Positions 28,557-37,560 are shown, counted from the first letter of the stretch. The stretch is 64,000 nt of DNA from an uncultured Verrucomicrobiota bacterium (GCA_964555235.1 CAZKRU010000007.1:10359-74358), one strand, 5' to 3'. Numbers and translations are program-made. The notes: generated by a model from the letters alone, not told the origin.

Positions 28557-29273
28557 TTAGATTTTGATTCCGTGGGCTTTGAGAACTTGGGGGGCTTTTC
28601 TGGTCATGGCGACACGTTCGCGCACGTCCGGATTGCGGATATGCTGGACGAGATTTTCCACTTCCTTTTTCATCTCCGCATTCTCCGGGCGGTTCAAAAA
28701 AGATTTCATCTTTTCAACCTCCGGACTGTAGCCGTCCTTTTTCATGGCATTGAGGACAAGGGTGTTTTCCAAGTATTCTCGGGGCATACTCTCAGCCCTC
28801 CGAACAAGGTTGGGATTGTCCTGTTTGAAGTTTTCCAAGTCCTTTTGGACATTCAAACCGGGCTCATAACCTTGCCGTTTCATTACTCCCAGCAGATACT
28901 CATCTTGCATCTCGCCGGTGCTCATCGATTGAGTTTTTTGTGAAAACTCAGCGTTTTTGCTTCGGTATGCCGCAATGTCGGCCGCCACTGTCTGATTGAC
29001 GTAGTAGACCGGCTTGTTTTCCGGATTTGAGACCCTTTGCGGAGTAGTGTTTTTCATCACGTATCCCGGAGCCTCCCTCGTTGTGAGGTTCGGGTTCTCT
29101 GTATTGAGAATAGCCTCAAACTTTTTGTCGTTTTCGACAATTCTCTCCATGGCTTCTTTGCCTTTGAGAAGGTTTGCCTTAGTATCAACCGGCATCTTTT
29201 GCCATTCCTGAATGGCTTTTTCTCTTCCGGAGAGAAACCACTCGTTTGCTTGTTGGGCTTCTGTTGTGCTCAT
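28557..29273 (-). CDS. Hypothetical helical protein, candidate T4SS substrate
   Basis: 238 aa, charged, ends ...VLKAHGIKI. Confidence 0.7.
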   Translation of the reverse strand: MSTTEAQQANEWFLSGREKAIQEWQKMPVDTKANLLKGKEAMERIVENDKKFEAILNTENPNLTTREAPGYVMKNTTPQRVSNPENKPVYYVNQTVAADIAAYRSKNAEFSQKTQSMSTGEMQDEYLLGVMKRQGYEPGLNVQKDLENFKQDNPNLVRRAESMPREYLENTLVLNAMKKDGYSPEVEKMKSFLNRPENAEMKKEVENLVQHIRNPDVRERVAMTRKAPQVLKAHGIKI

Positions 29274-29360
29274 ATTGACCTTTCTTTTGCGAATCGGTTT
29301 TTGGGGTTATGGTGGGCAGGAACCGAATTGGATTTTTTATCCGAAACCCGCCTTGGAGGG

Positions 29361-29618
29361 TTATTTTTTATCCTCCGAAACTCTTGTTTTAATCTTGCCG
29401 CGAAGGTCTTTGAGTTCTTCGAGTTGACGGCGAAGCGTGCGATCCTGAAAGAGGAGCACTTTTTCACAGATTTCATCATACTCGACCATTTCAAGGATGA
29501 GGGTGATGACGGACTCGGTCGAGTGTTTGAAAGTGGGGTTGAGAGCGTTAAGCTCTGAAACCGCACCTTGAAACTTTTGTTGAACATCTTCAATGAGGTT
29601 CAGTTTGATATTGGCCAT
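29361..29618 (-). CDS. Small hypothetical protein
   Basis: 85 aa with AAGGA RBS after the lipoprotein gene. Confidence 0.55.
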   Translation of the reverse strand: MANIKLNLIEDVQQKFQGAVSELNALNPTFKHSTESVITLILEMVEYDEICEKVLLFQDRTLRRQLEELKDLRGKIKTRVSEDKK

Positions 29619-29630
29619 AGATTTCCTTGG

Positions 29631-30200
29631 TTACTCCCAGAATTTCCAGAAGGGTTTATTCTCGGATTGTTTTTTGAGCTCGGATTCCTTCTCCGCTTTG
29701 AGTTTTCTTTCCGATTCGATTTCATCTCGAAGTTTTTTGTTTTCCTCAATGATGGTGTGGGTCTGACTCGCGGTCTCTTCCACGGTCTTGAGCCCTTCGC
29801 TGAGCATTTGGTTTTGATCCATGAGAGCTTTTGTGACGGTTTTCTGGCGACCAAGCTCCTGCTCGAGTGTGGCGATATAGGGATTCGTTTGCTGCTCCGG
29901 AAGACGCGCAAGGGCGCGTTGATTGCTGCTCGAGACCTGCTGGGGATAGAGGTTCCAAGTGGAGTGCTTTTCGACGCGCTGAACATTATGTGCGTCATGG
30001 CGAATATCCGGGTTGTTCGGATCGCTATAGGAGTTCATCCCGTAGTCATTCACAGCCTCCGGGTTTCTAACGAGCTCACGCTCCTCTTCAGGCAGGCGTG
30101 ATCCGGGAGGCTCATTCATGTAGACATCTTCTCGGGTGACCACCCTGTCGGAGGAGCATCCGATGAGAAGGACTACTGGGAAAAAGAGGAGCCTTTTCAT
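29631..30200 (-). CDS. Conjugative lipoprotein (TraV/VirB7-like position)
   Basis: Lipobox LLIGC; Y..N.YSDPNNPDIRHDAH.V.RVE; C-terminal coiled coil. Confidence 0.65.
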   Translation of the reverse strand: MKRLLFFPVVLLIGCSSDRVVTREDVYMNEPPGSRLPEEERELVRNPEAVNDYGMNSYSDPNNPDIRHDAHNVQRVEKHSTWNLYPQQVSSSNQRALARLPEQQTNPYIATLEQELGRQKTVTKALMDQNQMLSEGLKTVEETASQTHTIIEENKKLRDEIESERKLKAEKESELKKQSENKPFWKFWE

Positions 30201-30643
30201 TCACCGCCCCCTTGGTTCATGATCGAAATGACGGCTTCCTCTGAAAGATCGGTGCGGTTCCCCTCACAAACGGCGAAGAGGTGATAGGTGCCTTTCGTAT
30301 CCTTGTCGTCTTTGATGGTGTGGGCTTTGTAGATCCCATCCTTGAGGTGCCAAGAAATGAAGGCTTTTTTGTTCGGATCCTCTTTTTCCGTCAGCCACTC
30401 AAATTTTGCGAAGCAAATAGGAGATTCTTTGGTGCCGAATTGCAAATCGAGAATTTCGCGATCGACTCCCTTATCATCAGCCTTGAGGGTGACGCCGATG
30501 ACCTTGGCAAGCCAAGAGGTTCGCTGCGTATTTCCTTTTTCCCAGTAGCCGGTGAGGACAAATTCGGGTGCTTTTTCCGAGTCCTTTTTGGGATGTTGTT
30601 TGGCTGCTTTTTTGACGAGTTCGTTTAGGTTTTGTTTATTCAT
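30197..30643 (-). CDS. Hypothetical protein
   Basis: 148-aa ORF coupled within the tra operon. Confidence 0.6.
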   Translation of the reverse strand: MNKQNLNELVKKAAKQHPKKDSEKAPEFVLTGYWEKGNTQRTSWLAKVIGVTLKADDKGVDREILDLQFGTKESPICFAKFEWLTEKEDPNKKAFISWHLKDGIYKAHTIKDDKDTKGTYHLFAVCEGNRTDLSEEAVISIMNQGGGE

Positions 30644-30647
30644 GGTT

Positions 30648-31673
30648 TTATTGGGTTACGGGTTTATTGAGTCCTTGAATGGAGCCTTGAAAACCGCCTC
30701 CAACCGACTTGGCTTTGGAGAGATCAATGGGCTCATCGTTGTAGAAATAAAAATATTTACCTCCGGGCACCCGGACGAAAACGGCTTGTCGTTGCAAATC
30801 CATGATGAGCTGATGGGAGTAGATTTGGCTTGATTGTTCAATGGCTTGCCCTCCTGCTGTTTGAAGGCTGCCCGAGGAGGAGGTAAAGGTGCCAGAACCG
30901 GAGTTGGTCGTGACTTTTTCAGAAATTCCTGAGCCGAATCCCTGAATGGCCTTGGCAAAGACAAGATAGAGGAGCTGATTGTCCTTGTTTTCCATGACTT
31001 TGCCGCGCAGGCCTGCGGTTCCATCGGTGAGTTTGAGATCCGGATCCGCTGAGGCGAGAATTCCATCTTGGAGTTCACGATTGAGAATCTTGCCGCGGAT
31101 GGGGAGCTCCCAACCGGATTCTTTTTCGGGGTAATTACGCCAGACAAAGCGATGTTCGGGAGCGGTGATAATTCTGTCATAGCTGGCGGTACCTGTGGCC
31201 GTTCCGAGGATTTCGGTTCCAGCTTTAATGATGCAAATTCCGTTGTGCCAGTAATCACGAGTCACCAAACCGATGACGGGAGTGGCGAGATTTTTGGATT
31301 CGATTCCGTTGACGAGCTGACATTCAATCAGTCTTCCGGTGGGAGCGTATATATCTCCGACCGGCTCCTCATTTGAGGTAAAGACCTCGATCGGAGGGGG
31401 TGCGCTTTGCTGAGCAGGTGGAGGCTCTGGCTGGTGTTCATACATTTGGGAGCGTTGAGGAGCGGAAACGTCTTCGGTGAAAGTTTCAATTTTGGGGAGA
31501 TTGCTGGGCGCGCTTTCGTCCGCCTGCGCTTTATTGATTTGAGCGATATTCTTTTCGAGCTTCTTTTGATTAACGTGATTGAGGGCAAACGCGACCGCGC
31601 AAATCGCGGCGATCGCCAGAACCGCGTAAAGCTTGTACTCGGAGGAGGATTTTAATTTTTGAATGAAAGTCAT
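30648..31673 (-). CDS. virB10: VirB10/TrbI-like T4SS core protein
   Basis: N-terminal TM helix, Pro-rich linker, YAPTGRLIECQLVNGIES...PVIGLVTRD, GTAGLRG, VRVPGGKYFY. Confidence 0.85.
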   Translation of the reverse strand: MTFIQKLKSSSEYKLYAVLAIAAICAVAFALNHVNQKKLEKNIAQINKAQADESAPSNLPKIETFTEDVSAPQRSQMYEHQPEPPPAQQSAPPPIEVFTSNEEPVGDIYAPTGRLIECQLVNGIESKNLATPVIGLVTRDYWHNGICIIKAGTEILGTATGTASYDRIITAPEHRFVWRNYPEKESGWELPIRGKILNRELQDGILASADPDLKLTDGTAGLRGKVMENKDNQLLYLVFAKAIQGFGSGISEKVTTNSGSGTFTSSSGSLQTAGGQAIEQSSQIYSHQLIMDLQRQAVFVRVPGGKYFYFYNDEPIDLSKAKSVGGGFQGSIQGLNKPVTQ

Positions 31674-32587
31674 GGGGTGTTGGGGTTCGTTTGGATTTCG
31701 GGATTATCGAGAAGATCCTCGGGCCGGAGTCGTGGGACGTAAACATTCCAAGCATTATCGACATCGAGATTGTTGCGACCGCCTTCGGGATTGCCGACAA
31801 CAAGGAAGTAGTGCAGATTTTGAGACGAATTTACTTTCCCATTGGCGTCTTTCATTCCAGCGGGAATGATGCCTGAGGATTGCCATAAAGAGACTGGGTA
31901 AAGGCGATCGCTAACGCCGATACCGACATCGTTTGGGCGAAAGGGAATTTCGCTCTCAGTGAGATTTTCCATGATGAGGCGCAAAACGAGTACGTCCTCT
32001 TTGTTGAATCTGAAAACGTCGGTAATGTGGACTTTGAATCCGGAGTAATTGATTGTCCGGTTGGGTTGTTTGCGAGTAACACCCTCATAGGAGTGGGGGT
32101 ATGACTCGGCCAGAAGATCATAAGATTTGGCTTTATCCAGAATCGCCAAGAGTCGATTCGCAGACACCTTGGCCGTCGCTTTCATAATTGAACCGGCGAG
32201 GGTTGTGCCGTTTGTGTCCAAGAATGTGAGGTTATTGTAGCCTTTCCCTTCGGCTGCCGCCTCTAGGACGAGTACATAGGGGGTCCGGTTGAAAATGACG
32301 GTGATCGGTTGTTTCACGCCGGGTTTGAGCGCGTAAACACTGAAATAGAAGCGGTTACTCGCCATTTTCAGGAGGAAGTCAGAGGAGGGGATTTGACTCT
32401 CTTGAGTGGCGATTTTCTGCCCACGGATGGCAGAAATCTGAGAAGGAAAAAAGACAGTGGTAATTCCATTTTTTTGCACAACGGGAACGGGGATTGGCCG
32501 CTGCGCATCCAAAGGAAGTTCCACGTTGGGCTTCACTTGGGAAAGAAGCACTACTGGGAAAAGAAAAGTGATAAAAAAACGGTTCAT
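31670..32587 (-). CDS. VirB9/TraK-like T4SS protein
   Basis: Signal peptide, ITTVFFPSQISAI, beta-rich; lies between the VirB8-like and VirB10-like genes. Confidence 0.65.
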   Translation of the reverse strand: MNRFFITFLFPVVLLSQVKPNVELPLDAQRPIPVPVVQKNGITTVFFPSQISAIRGQKIATQESQIPSSDFLLKMASNRFYFSVYALKPGVKQPITVIFNRTPYVLVLEAAAEGKGYNNLTFLDTNGTTLAGSIMKATAKVSANRLLAILDKAKSYDLLAESYPHSYEGVTRKQPNRTINYSGFKVHITDVFRFNKEDVLVLRLIMENLTESEIPFRPNDVGIGVSDRLYPVSLWQSSGIIPAGMKDANGKVNSSQNLHYFLVVGNPEGGRNNLDVDNAWNVYVPRLRPEDLLDNPEIQTNPNTP

Positions 32588-33234
32588 TGAGGCGTCTCTG
32601 TGTATTCAAAATCTGCGACCTTTAAGGGAAGAAAGGGGGTTTTCATGAGGTCATCATTCCGAACGAGAGTGAGATTGAGCGTGAAGTCCAAAACTTGTTT
32701 GAAGGGTAGGCCGTCGGCAAAGCCGTTTCGGATGAGTTGCCCCTTGAGGAGGAGATTAACAAAATTTGTATTTCGCTTTTGATCCTTCTCCTCGATGTCC
32801 ATTTTACCCATTTCCAGAATAGAGCCTTCGGAGATGAGGCCCTTTTGGTGGATGTTTTTTTCCTTAAAGTCGCGATGCGACTGCTCAAAGGTTTTCTTGA
32901 GTTTTTCGAGAGCACCGGCACCAAAGAGACGTTCGATGAGCTTCTGGTCATCAAATCCCTTGGGGTTGCGCATGGTAACCGCTTTGGTGGAGAGCTTACC
33001 AATTTCGATAAAAAGCTCTGAGGCATCAGCCCAGTCGGTGCTTTGAGAGTAGATCATCTCGCCAGTGGTGGAGAGAATGATGACCCGTTCTTTTTGCTTT
33101 TCTGCATTTTTGAGAAGGATGGGTTGAATAAATAGGAGGGCGATCAAGGCAATGACGGCGAGGCCGAAAATCTTGGCCCAGATTTCTGAAGCAATGAATT
33201 TGGCGAGAGGGGATTCTCTTGGAATTTCAAACAT
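32584..33234 (-). CDS. VirB8/TraE-like T4SS protein
   Basis: Single N-terminal TM helix then an NTF2-like alpha/beta domain (RNPKGFDD..LIERLF); synteny. Confidence 0.65.
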   Translation of the reverse strand: MFEIPRESPLAKFIASEIWAKIFGLAVIALIALLFIQPILLKNAEKQKERVIILSTTGEMIYSQSTDWADASELFIEIGKLSTKAVTMRNPKGFDDQKLIERLFGAGALEKLKKTFEQSHRDFKEKNIHQKGLISEGSILEMGKMDIEEKDQKRNTNFVNLLLKGQLIRNGFADGLPFKQVLDFTLNLTLVRNDDLMKTPFLPLKVADFEYTETPQ

Positions 33235-33293
33235 GAGAAGCCTCTGGATTGTGGGTTGGAAAACGTTGTTTCATATCATAGTATGGTAGTATG

Positions 33294-34547
33294 TTACTGT
33301 AATTCTGGGGTGCCCCCTCCGAGTTGTTTCATGACATCCCGTCGACGAGAGGCCATCTCGCTCGGAGAAGGGAGCGCGCGGGGCTCAAAGCGTGGAATTC
33401 CGCCAGAAGCAAATCCTCTTTGATCCATGATCTCTGGATCCAAGGAGGAAGAGGGAACCTCAGGCCCCATGCCCAAGGAACCGCCAGAGCCGCCCCCACT
33501 GAGGGGAGATGGAGGGCCGCCAGCGCGTGGCATTCGTGTCACTTTTCCGGTACTGGAAGAGGGAGCAGGAAGCCCCTTGGCGGAGGAGCTGGAGCCGAAG
33601 TTCCAATCTCCAGAATCGCTGGAATCGGTGCTTCCGCCTCCAGTGGGGCTCCCCCCTCCGCCCCCCAGTTTACCCAAAAGACCTTTGAGGCTTTCAGCGA
33701 GCTTACCCATGGAATTAGCAAGGGGAGCGACTGATGCGGCCATGAAAGCAGCACTGCCGACCGCTCCGAAAGCCCCACTTCCTCCGGAAAGAATCATCCC
33801 AATGGAAATTGGAACGGTGAGATAAAGAAGATTGATGAAGATGGCGAGAAGCAAAAAAGCTCCAAGCATTTTAGCCAAAATAGCAGGCGCGAGTGCTGGA
33901 GCGACCACTGCAACTCCAAGTGCCACTCCAGCCGCAGTAAGGACTACTGTGCCAATTTTCGCGATAAAAATATCGGCGACAGCGGTTCCAATCGGCCAGA
34001 GAAGGACTCCAAAAGTGGTCATCCACGTTTTAATGGCGATGCTCTTGGTTGCGGGAATCTGAAACATGCAAATGGTCAACGGTGCAAACGCAATCATCAC
34101 CGAAAGAGCGTATGGCTGGATCCATTTGAGTATCCAATACCCGACGAAACCTAAAGCTTGAAGACAGTTCAAGATGACAACGCTCAAACCATTTTTGAGA
34201 TCTTCAAGCCATGTGCCTTCTTCGACTTCCGGAATTGGTTTTCCCCATGCCGTTTTAAAAGTATCAATTTCTGATTCAATGGTTTTACCCAGTTCTTCAA
34301 AGGATTTTTGCCCGTTGATAACCATCGACGGATAACCAGCCAAAAGAGCGCAGCAAAATGCGGCCGTGGCGATTCCGAAAGTCATGTTTTTGATGTCGTC
34401 TTGGTGGGCGAAAAAAGAATAGGCCAAACCGCACGAAGCAAAGATAAAGGCAAACGGAAGAAGTGCGTCATAGACGACCATGGCCATTTTGTATTCATGG
34501 CCGCCTGTCATTGCCAAAATCGGAAAAGTGGTTAGACTAAGAGGCAT
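33294..34547 (-). CDS. VirB6/TrbL-like polytopic membrane protein (start uncertain)
   Basis: Several TM helices, FAPLTICMFQIP...LLWPIG, Gly/Ser-rich C-terminal tail. Confidence 0.75.
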   Translation of the reverse strand: MPLSLTTFPILAMTGGHEYKMAMVVYDALLPFAFIFASCGLAYSFFAHQDDIKNMTFGIATAAFCCALLAGYPSMVINGQKSFEELGKTIESEIDTFKTAWGKPIPEVEEGTWLEDLKNGLSVVILNCLQALGFVGYWILKWIQPYALSVMIAFAPLTICMFQIPATKSIAIKTWMTTFGVLLWPIGTAVADIFIAKIGTVVLTAAGVALGVAVVAPALAPAILAKMLGAFLLLAIFINLLYLTVPISIGMILSGGSGAFGAVGSAAFMAASVAPLANSMGKLAESLKGLLGKLGGGGGSPTGGGSTDSSDSGDWNFGSSSSAKGLPAPSSSTGKVTRMPRAGGPPSPLSGGGSGGSLGMGPEVPSSSLDPEIMDQRGFASGGIPRFEPRALPSPSEMASRRRDVMKQLGGGTPELQ

Positions 34548-34737
34548 GAGCAAAATCCTTGCGACGTTGATGGTTGGCGTGCTTTTGGGTGGAGGCACCG
34601 TGTACGTTTTCAAAGTTCAAGCGGACGAAAAAAGGCGAAAGACAGCTTCCGATGCTTGGCAACAAGGCGAGCGCGAAAAAGCTGAAATGTACAAAAAAAT
34701 CGATCAAATGACTAAGGATGGGAGTATTATGAAGTAA
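34546..34737 (+). CDS. Antisense 63-aa membrane peptide homologous to the VirB5 C-terminus (candidate entry exclusion, TrbK-like)
   Basis: MSKILATLMVGVLLGGGTVYVF TM helix + WQQGEREKAEMYKKIDQMTKDG, versus WAQGEKEKTEMYKKIDKLTKEG in the neighbouring gene; AAGAGG upstream. Confidence 0.7.
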   Translation: MSKILATLMVGVLLGGGTVYVFKVQADEKRRKTASDAWQQGEREKAEMYKKIDQMTKDGSIMK

Positions 34738-34739
34738 TC

Positions 34740-35534
34740 TCATTTGTAGATTCCCTCTTTAGTGAGTTTATCGATTTTTTTGTACATTTCCGTCTTTTCC
34801 TTTTCTCCCTGAGCCCAAACTTTGGCCGCTTGCTTTCCTTGCTTGGCCTTTTGGGTTTCGTAGAGAGTTTTGGTGGCTTGAAGTTTTTGGTAAGCGTCAT
34901 CAGCTCGTTTTTTAGCGTCAGCGAGCTTTGCTTGAAGGGCGGCAAGGTCGGCCTGTTTTTGGCGTTGTTCGGCTTCGTCTGCCGGTGTTTTTGAGGTCAC
35001 GCGATCAATTTCAGTTTGGATTTCCTTTGCGTCCTGTTCGGATTTTTCCATGACATCGGCAAAGTTTTGGAAAGAATTTTCGAGGGTGTTGAGGGCCGTC
35101 ATCGGATCGTAATTGGAAAAGTCGATATTGCCGGATTGGAGATCCTCCAAGGAGGCCATGTTAATCGGCGAACCCATCACCTTCTGAGTGGAAGAGGCGA
35201 GGGAAGAGGCCTGTCCTGCGGTTTTGCTGATTTCTGTGAAGGTTTTACCGAGCTGAGAAGTGGAGGAACTCCCCAAGAGTTTAGAATTCATGAGGGAAGC
35301 GATCTTGGTAGGGTCACCTGCGACTTGTTTGGCGGTTTCAAGGAGCTTCACGGCTTCTTGGGCTTTCGTGAGCTGCTCCTGAACGTTTTTGAGCTGTTCA
35401 GTCCATTTTGCGAGAGTTTCAGTATGCTGGATTTGTTGACCTGTTATTTGCGCTGACTGCAACGCTTGAGATGCGTCGCCCTGGGCGAAGACTGCTACTG
35501 GGAAAAGAATGAGAATGAGGTATAAAGATTTCAT
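34740..35534 (-). CDS. VirB5/TrbJ-like protein
   Basis: Signal peptide (AVFAQ), LAKWTEQLKNVQEQL coiled coils, located upstream of the VirB6-like gene. Confidence 0.7.
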   Translation of the reverse strand: MKSLYLILILFPVAVFAQGDASQALQSAQITGQQIQHTETLAKWTEQLKNVQEQLTKAQEAVKLLETAKQVAGDPTKIASLMNSKLLGSSSTSQLGKTFTEISKTAGQASSLASSTQKVMGSPINMASLEDLQSGNIDFSNYDPMTALNTLENSFQNFADVMEKSEQDAKEIQTEIDRVTSKTPADEAEQRQKQADLAALQAKLADAKKRADDAYQKLQATKTLYETQKAKQGKQAAKVWAQGEKEKTEMYKKIDKLTKEGIYK

Positions 35535-35566
35535 TGGAGCACCCCGTTTTTTTGCGTTACTTCTTG

Positions 35567-36148
35567 ATGATGAATCAGCAAGAGATGATTGATGTTTTCA
35601 GAAAAGTTGATGAAAGGCTGAGCTCCATTCCTAAAATTTGCGGAAAGGGGTGTTCTTTTTGTTGCTATCAACCCATTAAGTGTACGGATCCAGAATGGGA
35701 AATGATTCAGGATTTTATCGAAAAGATGACGGATGCTGTTTTGATTCAAAGAATCGTCCGGAACGCTGTTTCTTGGTTTGATTGTTTTGATCGAATTGTT
35801 CCCAAAAACATCACCGTGGATCAATTTCAACTTGAAGCATATGAAAAAAAGATGCAGGAACATCGAATTGCCTGCCCATTTCTGATCGATGGGATTTGTT
35901 CGATTTACTCGGTAAGACCGTTTGTGTGTCGTGGGCATAGTGTTAGGGAGTCTGTGGATTTGTGTTCTCAAAACCCACTTCGGATGGGAGATGGGGAATC
36001 GAGGAGTATTGCGCTAGCTGCTCTGAAAGAAATTCATCATAGGATCGGAGTGGTACTCTACGGACGTCTATCAATTCGGCTTCTGCGACTTTTGAAAATC
36101 GAGATTGGTCGAAAGATTTTAGTTGGTGCTGGCTTTTTAAAGAGGTGA
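35567..36148 (+). CDS. YkgJ-family cysteine-cluster (Fe-S/Zn) protein
   Basis: CGKGCSFCC ... CPFLIDGICSIYSVRPFVCR. Confidence 0.85.
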   Translation: MMNQQEMIDVFRKVDERLSSIPKICGKGCSFCCYQPIKCTDPEWEMIQDFIEKMTDAVLIQRIVRNAVSWFDCFDRIVPKNITVDQFQLEAYEKKMQEHRIACPFLIDGICSIYSVRPFVCRGHSVRESVDLCSQNPLRMGDGESRSIALAALKEIHHRIGVVLYGRLSIRLLRLLKIEIGRKILVGAGFLKR

Positions 36149-36240
36149 TCGAAACCCCTTCCTCGATCAAAAAGGTTGACACTATGATCTGTTCACGATT
36201 CATGATTTGAAGTTCTCCTCGATGGTTTTGGCTTTCATTA

Positions 36241-36501
36241 TCAACTCCTATTTCTGGATGTGAACTTGTTGACGAGATTGATCATGAATTCCCAAAGCTT
36301 GACGGTGGAGAGCGCAAAAACAAAGACGCCCAAGGCTGAGGAATAGTCTTTGGCGAGGCATAGGCCGCCAATGACAAATCCGGAGCCAAGGAGAACGAGG
36401 TAGGGCAAGCTCAAAACCCTCTCCACATAGGGCGCAATCGCGACCATGAAAGCTTCAAGCCTCTTGAAGAGTGTGATCGTCCAGTGTGATTTCTCAGTCA
36501 T
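36241..36501 (-). CDS. Small membrane protein
   Basis: 86 aa with two hydrophobic segments. Confidence 0.5.
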   Translation of the reverse strand: MTEKSHWTITLFKRLEAFMVAIAPYVERVLSLPYLVLLGSGFVIGGLCLAKDYSSALGVFVFALSTVKLWEFMINLVNKFTSRNRS

Positions 36502-36817
36502 GGCGAGGCTCCATCAACGCGCCAATGACTCCGACTTGGGTTGCATCGAGCTTCCCATTGGCAATAAAGACCTGTGCGCCCCGAAACGCACTGTTGGATA
36601 GGGAGGCATCAAGCGCAAAGGTTTTATCGTCACTCCATTTCCCACGAAAAACGAACGCTTCCTCGGCTCCCCGCTTAAGAACGAGTTGATGTTCATAAAT
36701 TTCGATTTGTGCTCCTTTCCCAGAAGAATTCCCCCATTTTCCGACGAGTTTTCCCGGGTCGTTCGTGGTGCAGGCGGAGATAAGAAGCAGAGCGATGAAT
36801 CCACAGATGATTTTCAT
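36494..36817 (-). CDS. Small lipoprotein
   Basis: Lipobox LISAC; KLVGKW motif; AAGGAG RBS. Confidence 0.65.
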   Translation of the reverse strand: MKIICGFIALLLISACTTNDPGKLVGKWGNSSGKGAQIEIYEHQLVLKRGAEEAFVFRGKWSDDKTFALDASLSNSAFRGAQVFIANGKLDATQVGVIGALMEPRHD

Positions 36818-36831
36818 TTGTTCTCCTTTGG

Positions 36832-37290
36832 TTATTTGGCGGGTTCTTTGATGGTTACGACGACTTCGTGCGGTACCTGTTTTACGTTTGAATTGGCAGG
36901 AAGGGGGGCCTGAACCGGATAAAGTTTGGTCTGAAGCTTTTCTGAATCTTTGTCCTCTTGGGCTTTATGGACGTTTTGAACGAGATCATAACTGTTTTTC
37001 GAGGACTCTTTATTGCCGATTTCGGTGCCGGTCACAAATGCCTCGGCTTCACGTTTTTCAGCGGCTTGATTGGCGAGATAGGTGCTTCCCAGTGCGGTGA
37101 AACCGTGTGAAGCCACGTCGATCGGATCCACTTTCCCAGTTTGAATTATGCTCTTTGCGGCTCCTACTGTCCCTCCTAGTGCAGTATTGCTCACAAGGGT
37201 TCCGGTTGGCGTGGTGCATCCAGAGAGGATGAGTGGCAGACAAAGGAGGGATTGCCAGTAAGGGAATTGACGCTTATAGGTGGTTTTCAT
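36832..37290 (-). CDS. Glycine-zipper-like conjugative lipoprotein
   Basis: Lipobox ILSGC; ALGGTVGAA. Confidence 0.65.
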   Translation of the reverse strand: MKTTYKRQFPYWQSLLCLPLILSGCTTPTGTLVSNTALGGTVGAAKSIIQTGKVDPIDVASHGFTALGSTYLANQAAEKREAEAFVTGTEIGNKESSKNSYDLVQNVHKAQEDKDSEKLQTKLYPVQAPLPANSNVKQVPHEVVVTIKEPAK

Positions 37291-37560
37291 ATGGATACCG
37301 AATTAGAGAAGCGGCTCAAAGGAGTTGAGGTTTCGATGCGCGTGATGATGGAACGCCAGATGAAAATGGAAGCGTACCTCATGGCAATGATCGGGTACGT
37401 GACCAAGTCTCCCGGGAATCGAGACATCGCGCTTGTTGAAAATGCTGCGGATGGAGTGCTCATCGAGATCCAGAAGGAGAATCAATTAAGATTTCAAGAC
37501 GTTTTAAAGCACTGGCAGGAGATTTGCCAAGAGACTGAGCCACAAGAATCTTCGCCATAA
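37291..37560 (+). CDS. Antisense hypothetical protein (89 aa)
   Basis: MDTELEKRLKGVEVSMRVMMERQ...; its ATG abuts the CAT of the divergent gene. Confidence 0.5.
   Translation: MDTELEKRLKGVEVSMRVMMERQMKMEAYLMAMIGYVTKSPGNRDIALVENAADGVLIEIQKENQLRFQDVLKHWQEICQETEPQESSP

Noticed and set aside
34650-34830. Inverted repeat as a shufflon or invertible switch
   Set aside because: The arms are adjacent with almost no intervening segment, no invertase is present, and divergence looks protein-constrained.
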